A stretch of DNA of 51,757 bases, from the IMG/VR virus record IMGVR_UViG_3300036717_000008, positions 1 through 51,757 of that record; one strand, written 5' to 3'. Source of the stretch: a virus (lineage: Duplodnaviria > Caudoviricetes). Positions 20,723 through 28,452 of this stretch are shown in pieces. The notes under the pieces are model-generated. The model saw only the letters and a program-made list of their open reading frames with translations, ran no database searches and was not told where the DNA came from. The translations under genes were made by a program, and so were the position numbers. The first letter of the stretch is position 1, and every line of letters begins with the position of its first letter.

Positions 20723-21613
20723 CTATTTTGTTGCTGGTGTTATTTGTTGTTTAGTGTACTTCAAGAAAGTCTCATATGTCGCAGGTATTTTAGTTGGGAT
20801 ATTCTGTAATCCTGATGCCTTAGCATCAAAGTTATCATCTCCACAAGTTTGCCAATAGTAAAATGTTTCACCAGTAAACATCTTCTGGCATTCAATAAAC
20901 TCAGATTTAGTCATCCTAAAATCTCTTAAAGTTTCGTCTTTAGGTTCAAGATTCTTACGAGCCGAGAATTGACGAAACCACATAGTGTATTCCTTGACTA
21001 ACTTATCACCAAATTTACCTGTTAGTAAAGGACGAATCTTACCTGTGTACAATCCAGGTTGGCCAGGTGAGGTAGGCTTATCAGCTTTCTCAGCTTCGTG
21101 AGTTAGGGTTATAACATCACACCTAAGATTCTTGATGATAGAATGTATCTCACTAAACCATGTGTCTTTAATATTCCACTGCTCAAACTTATTAAAGTTT
21201 CCATCTTGTGTTATTGTGGCAGATTTACCAAACTTATCCCACCAACTATGATAGATAGTCTCCATGTCAGATAGAGAGTCTATTACTAAGGTCTGATTCT
21301 CTGTGAGACGGGGCGCCTCATTATTGAACCAGACTGTAAGATCATCTTTACGATTCTCTAACTTTGACATTTTGTAAAATGGAATCTGATAGATCCAAGT
21401 GCATCCAACGTGTGATCCTAATCCACGATCAAGATTCAAAACCATACAGTTAGGAAAACCTTTCTGTTTACCATCAGGTGTTCCTAGTATAGACCAGTTC
21501 TTACCAGAACCACCAGCACCCTGTATACCTAGACGAATCTGTTGTTTAACTGTTTCATCTGATAATGGCAATGCTGATTTGGGAATATAAATATCTGTTG
21601 TCATATCATTCAA
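20723..21613 (-). CDS. AAA_24/Sak4-like P-loop NTPase (recombination)
   Basis: IRLGIQGAGGSGKN, LNLDRG, TLVIDSLS, LTHE, IRPLLTGK. Confidence 0.75.
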   Translation of the reverse strand: MNDMTTDIYIPKSALPLSDETVKQQIRLGIQGAGGSGKNWSILGTPDGKQKGFPNCMVLNLDRGLGSHVGCTWIYQIPFYKMSKLENRKDDLTVWFNNEAPRLTENQTLVIDSLSDMETIYHSWWDKFGKSATITQDGNFNKFEQWNIKDTWFSEIHSIIKNLRCDVITLTHEAEKADKPTSPGQPGLYTGKIRPLLTGKFGDKLVKEYTMWFRQFSARKNLEPKDETLRDFRMTKSEFIECQKMFTGETFYYWQTCGDDNFDAKASGLQNIPTKIPATYETFLKYTKQQITPATK

Positions 21614-21941
21614 GAAAGAAAATGTCTACTCGTTTGTTCTGATACTCATACTGAATTACATCTTTATCATCACCATAACCGGAATGAACTGCTCCACGAT
21701 CACTAATCTCCACTAACCCAAATTGCCGTAATGCACTCTTCATCCAATTAATACCTTGATGTGTAGTTTTATGTGGATAAATAATTATGTCAAGATCTTT
21801 ATTGCTAAATCCTTTATGTAGTACTGACCCTCCAAGAGCTACATGATAGTGATTATACACACGTTTAAGTTTAAGCTCAAGCTGTCTAACTAAATCAATA
21901 GCTTGATCGAGTGTCCATTGTAGTTGTGGTTCAATTTTCAT
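21606..21941 (-). CDS. Minimal Pol-beta-like nucleotidyltransferase
   Basis: VALGGSVL....SNKDLDIII and RVDIFF (GS + DxD + third Asp). Confidence 0.75.
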   Translation of the reverse strand: MKIEPQLQWTLDQAIDLVRQLELKLKRVYNHYHVALGGSVLHKGFSNKDLDIIIYPHKTTHQGINWMKSALRQFGLVEISDRGAVHSGYGDDKDVIQYEYQNKRVDIFFLE

Positions 21942-22432
21942 ACTATCTCCATTACTTTTTGTTGTAGGTCCATCAAGGACCCGATGTTTAAAATCGTGTG
22001 ATCAAAGGTTGCATTGTCAAGTTCAACCTCTGAAGCATGAACATCACCATAGTCATGATTTCGCTCTACCCTGATAACTATTCCACCATTTCGTTTCACC
22101 CACTCATACTCATTAATGAATCTCACGTCAGGAACAATTAAGACATCATGGTTGATAGACAATCTTTCCCTTGCATCTTCCATCTTTTTAATCCAGTAAT
22201 CTACACCAAACAATTTACGCCTAAAATCTGTACCCCAACCCTGTAGAATACGGCGGAAGTTATCTTTATGAAGTTCAATGTACTCAACACCATAGCCTGT
22301 TGCATGAGAAACTTCAATCTTAAGTTGTGCAGCAAAGCTATACTTAATTGATTTAGGATAATGACACAACAGTATATCTGCTATTGTATCCTTACCTGCA
22401 CCTTTCTTACCTGATATTCCAATGATTTTCAT
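21938..22432 (-). CDS. Deoxynucleoside monophosphate kinase
   Basis: IIGISGKKGAGKDT, FAAQLK, RRILQGWGTD, VPDVRFINE, HASE. Confidence 0.92.
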   Translation of the reverse strand: MKIIGISGKKGAGKDTIADILLCHYPKSIKYSFAAQLKIEVSHATGYGVEYIELHKDNFRRILQGWGTDFRRKLFGVDYWIKKMEDARERLSINHDVLIVPDVRFINEYEWVKRNGGIVIRVERNHDYGDVHASEVELDNATFDHTILNIGSLMDLQQKVMEIV

Positions 22433-23356
22433 TTAGTCGTTATAATGCATGGGGTTGAATTGTTTAACATCAAAATCTCTCTTCAGTAAACCATCCATAA
22501 TTAATGGATTATTATGTTTACAGACATACCAAAAGTCGCACTTGCCATATTTCTTATTACATGACCCATTAACAATACCTTGTTTAGGGAATTGATTATT
22601 TTTAATGGCAAGAGATAAATCTTTACAAACCTTAATGACACCCTCTTTAAACTCATCTATCTCTTCAGGTTGATAAACAAAAACATCGGAGGATTGAAAT
22701 CTAACCTCATTGATCTTAGGTTTAACATATATGCCATCAAACCGAGCACCAATTTGTTGACGAGAAATCTGTCCTAAAATACTATCAGGATGTTTCTCAG
22801 CAAACAATTTCAATCCTAACATGTACCCTCTAGGAGAATTCTTTAACTCATACTGACTCAAATGATCTTTAGCATTCCATGATGAAGTTGTTTTCCAATC
22901 TGTAATCAACCATATCCCATTTCGTTTCTTACCTATACGATCTATGGTACCACACCAGTTAAATACATTATCCTCATCACGATAGATCTCCTCAGAGAAA
23001 GTCTGTTCTACAGCTGGTTTATCATTTAGAATCAAAACCTCAAAGTCAACCTCTTGCTTAACAAACAGTTCCCAAGTCATTAAGGCTACAGCTGTCATGT
23101 GATTAACATCGCTAAGCTGCATTGATTTACTATTATCAATACGAGGTATGCTAGCAAAGGCTATGATAGCCTGTTCTCTGGCAGTAGGAATATGACCACC
23201 AGTTAAGTACATAATTTCTATATACTTATGAACTCCTATACCATAGATCATCTTAGCTGGCATAGCTTTGGTCTTATAGCCTTGCACAACTGTACGATAT
23301 AGATCCAGAATACAGTTGCTATGACCTAATGCTGAAGATGAGAGATTGATTTCCAT
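22433..23356 (-). CDS. PD-(D/E)XK exonuclease (Cas4/RecB-like)
   Basis: GIGVHK, VEQ, GTIDRI, ITDWKTT; N-terminal Cys plus C-terminal C......CDFWYVC cluster. Confidence 0.85.
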   Translation of the reverse strand: MEINLSSSALGHSNCILDLYRTVVQGYKTKAMPAKMIYGIGVHKYIEIMYLTGGHIPTAREQAIIAFASIPRIDNSKSMQLSDVNHMTAVALMTWELFVKQEVDFEVLILNDKPAVEQTFSEEIYRDEDNVFNWCGTIDRIGKKRNGIWLITDWKTTSSWNAKDHLSQYELKNSPRGYMLGLKLFAEKHPDSILGQISRQQIGARFDGIYVKPKINEVRFQSSDVFVYQPEEIDEFKEGVIKVCKDLSLAIKNNQFPKQGIVNGSCNKKYGKCDFWYVCKHNNPLIMDGLLKRDFDVKQFNPMHYND

Positions 23357-23601
23357 TACTTTTTATATTTGTTTTTCATGATGGCTATAGCAGGAATAAC
23401 AATTCCTACTGACGCAGCAAGTTGTCTAGCCTTTTCAAATTGTGGATTAGCTTGTAACACATGTTGTTCCATTTTACGAACATGAGATTGTTGCTCAGGA
23501 CGAGTAATACATAGATAATGACTAAAGTGTTCTGTTACTTGTTCAGGAGTCATAGCTGTTAATTCAGCAGCAGACATTCCTATACATTGTTCTATGGTCA
23601 T
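23356..23601 (-). CDS. Hypothetical protein
   Basis: TAATG-coupled ORF. Confidence 0.65.
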   Translation of the reverse strand: MTIEQCIGMSAAELTAMTPEQVTEHFSHYLCITRPEQQSHVRKMEQHVLQANPQFEKARQLAASVGIVIPAIAIMKNKYKK

Positions 23602-23602
23602 A

Positions 23603-23995
23603 TTATTCCATTACTCCGCAAGGGAGCCAGGTTTTTCCTTGGTCTAGGGAGTGCATCCAGTAATCCTTCAAAATGTTTGTTCTATAATCGGTATCTCTTA
23701 ATATAATATAACGCTGGCCATTGGACATATAAGTGAATTGAGTTTTGTGCATTTTATGCAAAGCTTCAATCGGAGCATACCATGCATCAATAGGCACTTC
23801 CTCCGCTCTCCACGCGCGCAGTTTCTTGGTCGGAGGTTCGGGGGCGACTCGCCAGTTTAAATTGGTGTCGAAAAATGGATTTGTTACTTTAACCCAACAA
23901 TCCTCTGGATATTCATATTCAATATCCTTCCCGTCAGCGAACGCCTTAATTACAGGCATCAGCTCCAGTATTTTCTTTGCTTCTTCTCTTGTCAT
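23603..23995 (-). CDS. Hypothetical phage protein (MTREEAK..L.PVIKAFADGKDIEY family)
   Basis: 130-aa ORF with a pattern common in small phage proteins. Confidence 0.7.
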   Translation of the reverse strand: MTREEAKKILELMPVIKAFADGKDIEYEYPEDCWVKVTNPFFDTNLNWRVAPEPPTKKLRAWRAEEVPIDAWYAPIEALHKMHKTQFTYMSNGQRYIILRDTDYRTNILKDYWMHSLDQGKTWLPCGVME

Positions 23996-24078
23996 AAATT
24001 TAATGCACAGATTTTCACCAAACAGGATAACAGACTGATGACGTTTTTGTGTGCCCCATAATCTCCTCGGTAACTGTT

Positions 24079-24228
24079 TTAGTTTTCCGCACGGTCAGCC
24101 GGTTCGGTAAAGACGGATTCGCGGGATTGTTGTTCGGCGAATTGTTTCTGCCGCATCTTTTCGAGATACTCAGTTACGGCTTTATCAGTCGCCTTTTTCT
24201 CTTTCCATTCTTCGTAAGTCATTGTCAT
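24079..24228 (-). CDS. Small hypothetical protein, 49 aa (not in ORF track)
   Basis: Manual translation MTMTYEEWKEKKATDKAVTEYLEKMRQKQFAEQQ...; A-rich upstream. Confidence 0.55.
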   Translation of the reverse strand: MTMTYEEWKEKKATDKAVTEYLEKMRQKQFAEQQSRESVFTEPADRAEN

Positions 24229-24253
24229 ATGTTTGTTGGTTTGGTTTGCTAAA

Positions 24254-24340
24254 TCACATCAGCAGCATGTAAATTAAAAATCCGATACCGAACGCAATTA
24301 ACTCGATGTCAAATAGCTTATCGTCATACTTGTTGCTCAT
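24254..24340 (-). CDS. Small membrane peptide, 28 aa
   Basis: MSNKYDDKLFDIELIAFGIGFLIYMLLM; ATGA overlap with the upstream stop. Confidence 0.45.
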   Translation of the reverse strand: MSNKYDDKLFDIELIAFGIGFLIYMLLM

Positions 24341-24930
24341 AACATCCTTATAATCTTAATCTCTTTGTTATCTATCTTGTATTGAATGTTATCTAACCCA
24401 TCAAGCTCTATCTTAAGTTGTTCAACATCCTCATTAGACAAGATCAATCCACTCTTATGAAAGGGTTTAATCTCATCACCCTCAAGATAATCATTCAGTT
24501 CACGTTTCCACTTAGGAGCTTCCTTTACATCAACAAAATCAGAACCATGAGGTAAGTCAGTAAATGTTTCTCTCAGTTGAATTATGACTCCAACACCTTT
24601 CTTACGAGCTACCTTACATCTCTCCCACAGATCAATCCACTTCTGTTTATCATCAGACTCTTCTCTTAAGTAAAGCCATGCTTGATTGATTAGAAGATAT
24701 AAAGTATTCATAGTGTAACGTCCTGATAGACGAAACACTTTAGGTTTACCATCATCAATTATTTCTTGAAGTTCCTTTGCAGCCCATCTAGCATAATCCT
24801 GATTGTAATAGGTTGCAGTTGATTTTCTACCCCAACCAACAGGCTTCTTCCTGACAACTAAATCTATAACACGCTCAACAGTTTTCTTGTCAGGAAAAAT
24901 AACTGTTATTGGTTGTGGATTATCTGACAT
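24337..24930 (-). CDS. Hypothetical protein
   Basis: 197-aa ORF directly downstream of the tRNA. Confidence 0.75.
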   Translation of the reverse strand: MSDNPQPITVIFPDKKTVERVIDLVVRKKPVGWGRKSTATYYNQDYARWAAKELQEIIDDGKPKVFRLSGRYTMNTLYLLINQAWLYLREESDDKQKWIDLWERCKVARKKGVGVIIQLRETFTDLPHGSDFVDVKEAPKWKRELNDYLEGDEIKPFHKSGLILSNEDVEQLKIELDGLDNIQYKIDNKEIKIIRML

Positions 24931-24956
24931 GATATGTTATTACAGTTACTTAAAAT

Positions 24957-25033
24957 TGGTTCCAGAGGCAAGGCTTGAACTTGCTACTCACTATTTAGTA
25001 ACTAGTGCGTTTTACCAATTAAACTACTCTGGA
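24957..25033 (-). tRNA. Atypical tRNA, 77 nt, with expanded 9-nt anticodon loop GUUACUAAA; identity undetermined
   Basis: TCCAGAG TA GTTT AATTGGTA AAAC G CACTA GTTACTAAA TAGTG AGTA GCAAG TTCAAGC CTTGC CTCTGGA A CCA. All four stems pair perfectly, with D-loop GG, T-loop TTC and encoded CCA. Confidence 0.9.
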
Positions 25034-25099
25034 AGTCAAGTTTGCTATTAGAGATTATCGTGGGAATACGCATAACTTCACGTTATAAAACCATAAACC

Positions 25100-25245
25100 A
25101 CTATACCTTATGTTACTGTTCAACTATAGGTATTAAGCCAGCTCAGTATTTAGACAGGTGAACAACCTGTATTCTGACTGCAATCACAATCTTCTATTAG
25201 ACAGAACTAATAGACACGGAGTGTATCAACAGTCAGTGGCTAGGG
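25100..25245 (-). ncRNA. Candidate multibranch structured RNA upstream of the tRNA
   Basis: Nested stems AGCCA/TGGCT, CTGACTG/CAGTCAG, ACAGGT/ACCTGT and TCTATTAG/CTAATAGA, plus an adjacent ATACCT/AGGTAT hairpin. Confidence 0.5.
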
Positions 25246-25256
25246 GATGAGAGAAA

Positions 25257-25355
25257 TTATTTCTTCACTCGGAGAATGTATAATATGGCAAGTGAACATC
25301 CTAGAAATGATCCTAAGATGTTGGAAAAGACAAGCTCAGAGAAATGAATTGTCAT
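25257..25355 (-). CDS. Small membrane peptide, 32 aa
   Basis: MTIHFSELVFSNILGSFLGCSLAILYILRVKK; first ORF after the sigma-54 promoter. Confidence 0.5.
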   Translation of the reverse strand: MTIHFSELVFSNILGSFLGCSLAILYILRVKK

Positions 25356-25396
25356 ATTGTGGTTAAAGAATTTAATAGTTGTGGCAATATTATGTA

Positions 25397-25413
25397 AGCA
25401 AGAATCGTGCCAA
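25397..25413 (-). promoter_or_regulatory. Sigma-54 (-24/-12) promoter for the tRNA/replication operon
   Basis: TTGGCACGATTCTTGCT is a perfect match to TGGCACG-N4-TTGC; intergenic. Confidence 0.9.
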
Positions 25414-25474
25414 CTAATCACAACATATATTATGTTATATTAGATTATACTATGTATGTATCGTTAAAGATTTA

Positions 25475-26368
25475 TTAGATCTTTTTCAACACACTGTATC
25501 GTTTAATTATTTGTTCGAGTGACCTAACATTAAGTTCAAGTTTAAACTCGGAAGACATAATCATATCTCGGAAGGATCCATTCAATAGTTCAGCTACATC
25601 TTTTTCTTTATGGAGGATCTTCCCAATCTCTTGCATGATGTCTGGTATATCACATCTTCTCTCTCTCAAAGGTTTGATCTTAAGAACAAAGGTTGATATA
25701 CGAGCGTAAAGATCAAGCCTAAACAACTTATCATTAACCATCTCCATTAAGTTACGATGTGTAGCACATACTATTCTACAGCTAATCTCAACCTCTTCTG
25801 TACCACCAACAGGACGTATGTATCGTTTACCATCTATTGGCTGTAATGCATTTAATAGCTTAGCTTGAATCTCAAGTGGCAAATCACCAACCTCATCAAG
25901 AAACAATACTCCACCTTTAGCAACTTCCATCATCCCTTTCTTGTCAGTCATTGCACCAGTAAATGATCCTTTCTTATGTCCAAATAGCTCTGATTCAATC
26001 AATTCTTTTGGCATTGCAGCACAGTTGATACGACAGAATTTAGCATCTCGATCACCAATCATGGCGCGAGCTATCAACTCTTTACCAGTACCAGTCTCAC
26101 CTAAGATTAAGACTTCATCGTCAATCATTGATAACTTACGAGCATCATCTTTTAAAGCTACAGTATCAGAGTCTATTGATATGAATTTATTGAGCCATGT
26201 CTCACATCCAGGAGTTGTGTTTAACAGGACAGGTTTGTCATCACGAATCTCAATTTTATAAGGTAACTTAAATGCAGCAATGTGCATCTTAGCACCATCA
26301 ATTAGATTATTCTGCAACATCAAGTTCAGAATATCTACCGGATCACTTTGTTGTGGATTGTTGGACAT
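25475..26368 (-). CDS. Sigma-54 enhancer-binding protein (bEBP) AAA+ domain, with no receiver and no HTH
   Basis: LGETGTGKE, INCAA, ESELFGHKKGSFTGA, GGVLFLDEVG, QAKLL, RIVCATH, FRLDLYAR, PLRERR, NVRSL; ends right after sensor II. Confidence 0.95.
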   Translation of the reverse strand: MSNNPQQSDPVDILNLMLQNNLIDGAKMHIAAFKLPYKIEIRDDKPVLLNTTPGCETWLNKFISIDSDTVALKDDARKLSMIDDEVLILGETGTGKELIARAMIGDRDAKFCRINCAAMPKELIESELFGHKKGSFTGAMTDKKGMMEVAKGGVLFLDEVGDLPLEIQAKLLNALQPIDGKRYIRPVGGTEEVEISCRIVCATHRNLMEMVNDKLFRLDLYARISTFVLKIKPLRERRCDIPDIMQEIGKILHKEKDVAELLNGSFRDMIMSSEFKLELNVRSLEQIIKRYSVLKKI

Positions 26369-26369
26369 A

Positions 26370-26555
26370 TTATTTCTTTTTAGTTATAATCATGGCAAAC
26401 ATATAACCAAGCATACCCACTAGCATTAGTGGCCATAGAAAAGCCATGATAATACACATAGTTGTATTATCAGTTTTGGGCTCTATTTTTTCGTTGTGAA
26501 TAAAAATCCCAAACCAAAATGGGATTAATACAATATACAACAATATAATATTCAT
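26370..26555 (-). CDS. Small two-TM membrane protein
   Basis: Two hydrophobic segments, FLWP motif. Confidence 0.65.
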   Translation of the reverse strand: MNIILLYIVLIPFWFGIFIHNEKIEPKTDNTTMCIIMAFLWPLMLVGMLGYMFAMIITKKK

Positions 26556-26899
26556 TTCTTTTTTCCTTTTTTATTAAAGACTCGTTCGTTCCACGCTTTC
26601 CATAATGACATTGCTTTATCACCTGTGTAGGTTAGTCTGTGATTAGCTGTCACTTGGAAAGTTACACAAGGTATCCAGGTATCAAGAAGTCGTTTACGGC
26701 TAGCCTCTTCAAGCATAGTTACAGGAGTAAGACTGCTTAATCCTGACATAAAAGCAGGAGCATCACAATCAAACTCATGACCATGAACTGTTGGGAATTT
26801 TGGTTTGAAAGCTCGTTTGTAATTACCACATGTAGTTACCCAACTATGCCATGCGTATTGACATTTACTTAAATCTACCACTATTCTATTATTTTTCAT
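26552..26899 (-). CDS. Hypothetical protein
   Basis: 115-aa packed ORF. Confidence 0.7.
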   Translation of the reverse strand: MKNNRIVVDLSKCQYAWHSWVTTCGNYKRAFKPKFPTVHGHEFDCDAPAFMSGLSSLTPVTMLEEASRKRLLDTWIPCVTFQVTANHRLTYTGDKAMSLWKAWNERVFNKKGKKK

Positions 26900-26906
26900 A
26901 TCACGA

Positions 26907-27092
26907 TTATGCCATAATTACGCCACAATTAATCCAGGTTCGGATAATTGTATCATAACTTACACTAGAGCCATCAATCTCATCTTGACTTCGTACATGC
27001 ATTATAGTATCACCCTGCCAAAAGACAAAACCTTTATCAGTGCAGACAACACTATAAATTGGTTTAGTTTTATTTAACTTTTTCTTTTTCAT
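26907..27092 (-). CDS. Hypothetical protein
   Basis: Packed ORF, likely start MKKKKL. Confidence 0.55.
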   Translation of the reverse strand: MKKKKLNKTKPIYSVVCTDKGFVFWQGDTIMHVRSQDEIDGSSVSYDTIIRTWINCGVIMA

Positions 27093-27094
27093 AA

Positions 27095-27328
27095 TTAATC
27101 TCCACATTCTTCTTTAGCTTGTTGAATAGCCTCTTCCTCCTCACCCTTTGTTAACTCAAAATCCTTTTCAAGCAAAGGCTGTGGCTTAGTTGATAGTATC
27201 TCCCAAGATTCAGGATCATCAGGTTCCTCAGGTGCACCATACTTATCTCTGTGTCCTTTCATTCCCCTGTGATACTCTAATGTAACCTCAACCTCAATCT
27301 CACGGGTTACTACTAATGTTATTGTCAT
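27095..27328 (-). CDS. Hypothetical acidic protein
   Basis: ATGA overlap; G.RDKYGAPEEPDDP motif. Confidence 0.65.
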   Translation of the reverse strand: MTITLVVTREIEVEVTLEYHRGMKGHRDKYGAPEEPDDPESWEILSTKPQPLLEKDFELTKGEEEEAIQQAKEECGD

Positions 27329-28266
27329 ATATCAATTCCATTTCTAAACCCCATAAATATAGGGTGTCGTAGTTTATCTTTTTGACCAACAGGTTTATAT
27401 TTACCAACAATGAATTTACCAAGATACTTATCTTGATTCATCCAAATTCTTTTCCTTAATTGATTTGTCAATCCTACACCTGTCCCAACATTGACAGTGT
27501 ATCCATCAGGATGTTGACATATAAAGGCTCCTAATGTATTCTTAGGAATCATATTATCCTGATGACTACTTCTATCCATAGCACCAAGGGCATTATGATT
27601 AGTAGGATTAACATTCTCCATCTGCTCCTCAAATCCTATAATCAATAATTCAGTTCGCAAGTATCTGGCAAACTTAACTAATATCTGTTCCTTTAAAGTT
27701 GACCTGTTATCTACAGTTCCTTTCTGGATATATAAACCATTAGGGTCACGAAAACAAATACCCTCTCCACCCAAATCTTCTATTGTTCGTAACTCCAAGA
27801 ATAAAGAATTAGCATTAGAACAAACATGTGGAAAGGAAAATTTAAATGGTGGTATAGACCAACATCTAAGATCTTTATCTATGGATCTCATGCGCTGTTC
27901 ATAAGTCATCCTCTCAAGATTAAAGTTATCAAGCACACGAAATTGAATAAGATCTGAATCCTTATGTTCACGGCTCATTACAATAGACTCAATCTCAGAA
28001 TAACTAAAAGATCGGTTATACAACTCCATATCATATCCACCCGGTAGAAGCATTGATCTGTCACGAATTGATCTGTTAGGAATAGGCTTTAGACGCTTAG
28101 ATAACAATGTACCATTAGCACGAATAGCCCTTATACCATCAAGTTTTACAGAGCATAGTACAGGGTATCTTAGACGGGACATTGCTTCTAGAATGTTATC
28201 ATCAGTATGTTCCACATTTGGTGGTAACAATGATGCTGCTGACATTGGACAGAATTTTCTTTTCAT
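27325..28266 (-). CDS. lig: ATP-dependent DNA ligase (minimal type)
   Basis: Motif I KLDGIR, YDMEL, FRVLD, GEGICFR, VKF, LGAF, VGTG, LRHPIFMGFR. Confidence 0.93.
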   Translation of the reverse strand: MKRKFCPMSAASLLPPNVEHTDDNILEAMSRLRYPVLCSVKLDGIRAIRANGTLLSKRLKPIPNRSIRDRSMLLPGGYDMELYNRSFSYSEIESIVMSREHKDSDLIQFRVLDNFNLERMTYEQRMRSIDKDLRCWSIPPFKFSFPHVCSNANSLFLELRTIEDLGGEGICFRDPNGLYIQKGTVDNRSTLKEQILVKFARYLRTELLIIGFEEQMENVNPTNHNALGAMDRSSHQDNMIPKNTLGAFICQHPDGYTVNVGTGVGLTNQLRKRIWMNQDKYLGKFIVGKYKPVGQKDKLRHPIFMGFRNGIDI

Positions 28267-28269
28267 AAA

Positions 28270-28452
28270 TTAAAAATAGCTTAAACACCAGTTATGATTA
28301 AATATACTAATTGTCAAATGATAATGTGTACCATTTCTTACAAAGATAATTTGCCAACATACAAATTTATCAGGGCTAGGTTTTACTTTGTAATGTACAC
28401 AACAAAATTTTCTTTTCATAATTTTATTCATCATCTTCTTCTGTATTTCCAT
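28270..28452 (-). CDS. Small hypothetical protein (true start probably near 28419)
   Basis: Fills the gap between helicase and ligase. Confidence 0.4.
   Translation of the reverse strand: MEIQKKMMNKIMKRKFCCVHYKVKPSPDKFVCWQIIFVRNGTHYHLTISIFNHNWCLSYF

Noticed and set aside
22433-23356. Cas4 as part of a CRISPR system
   Set aside because: It is a stand-alone phage nuclease; there is no array or other cas gene.
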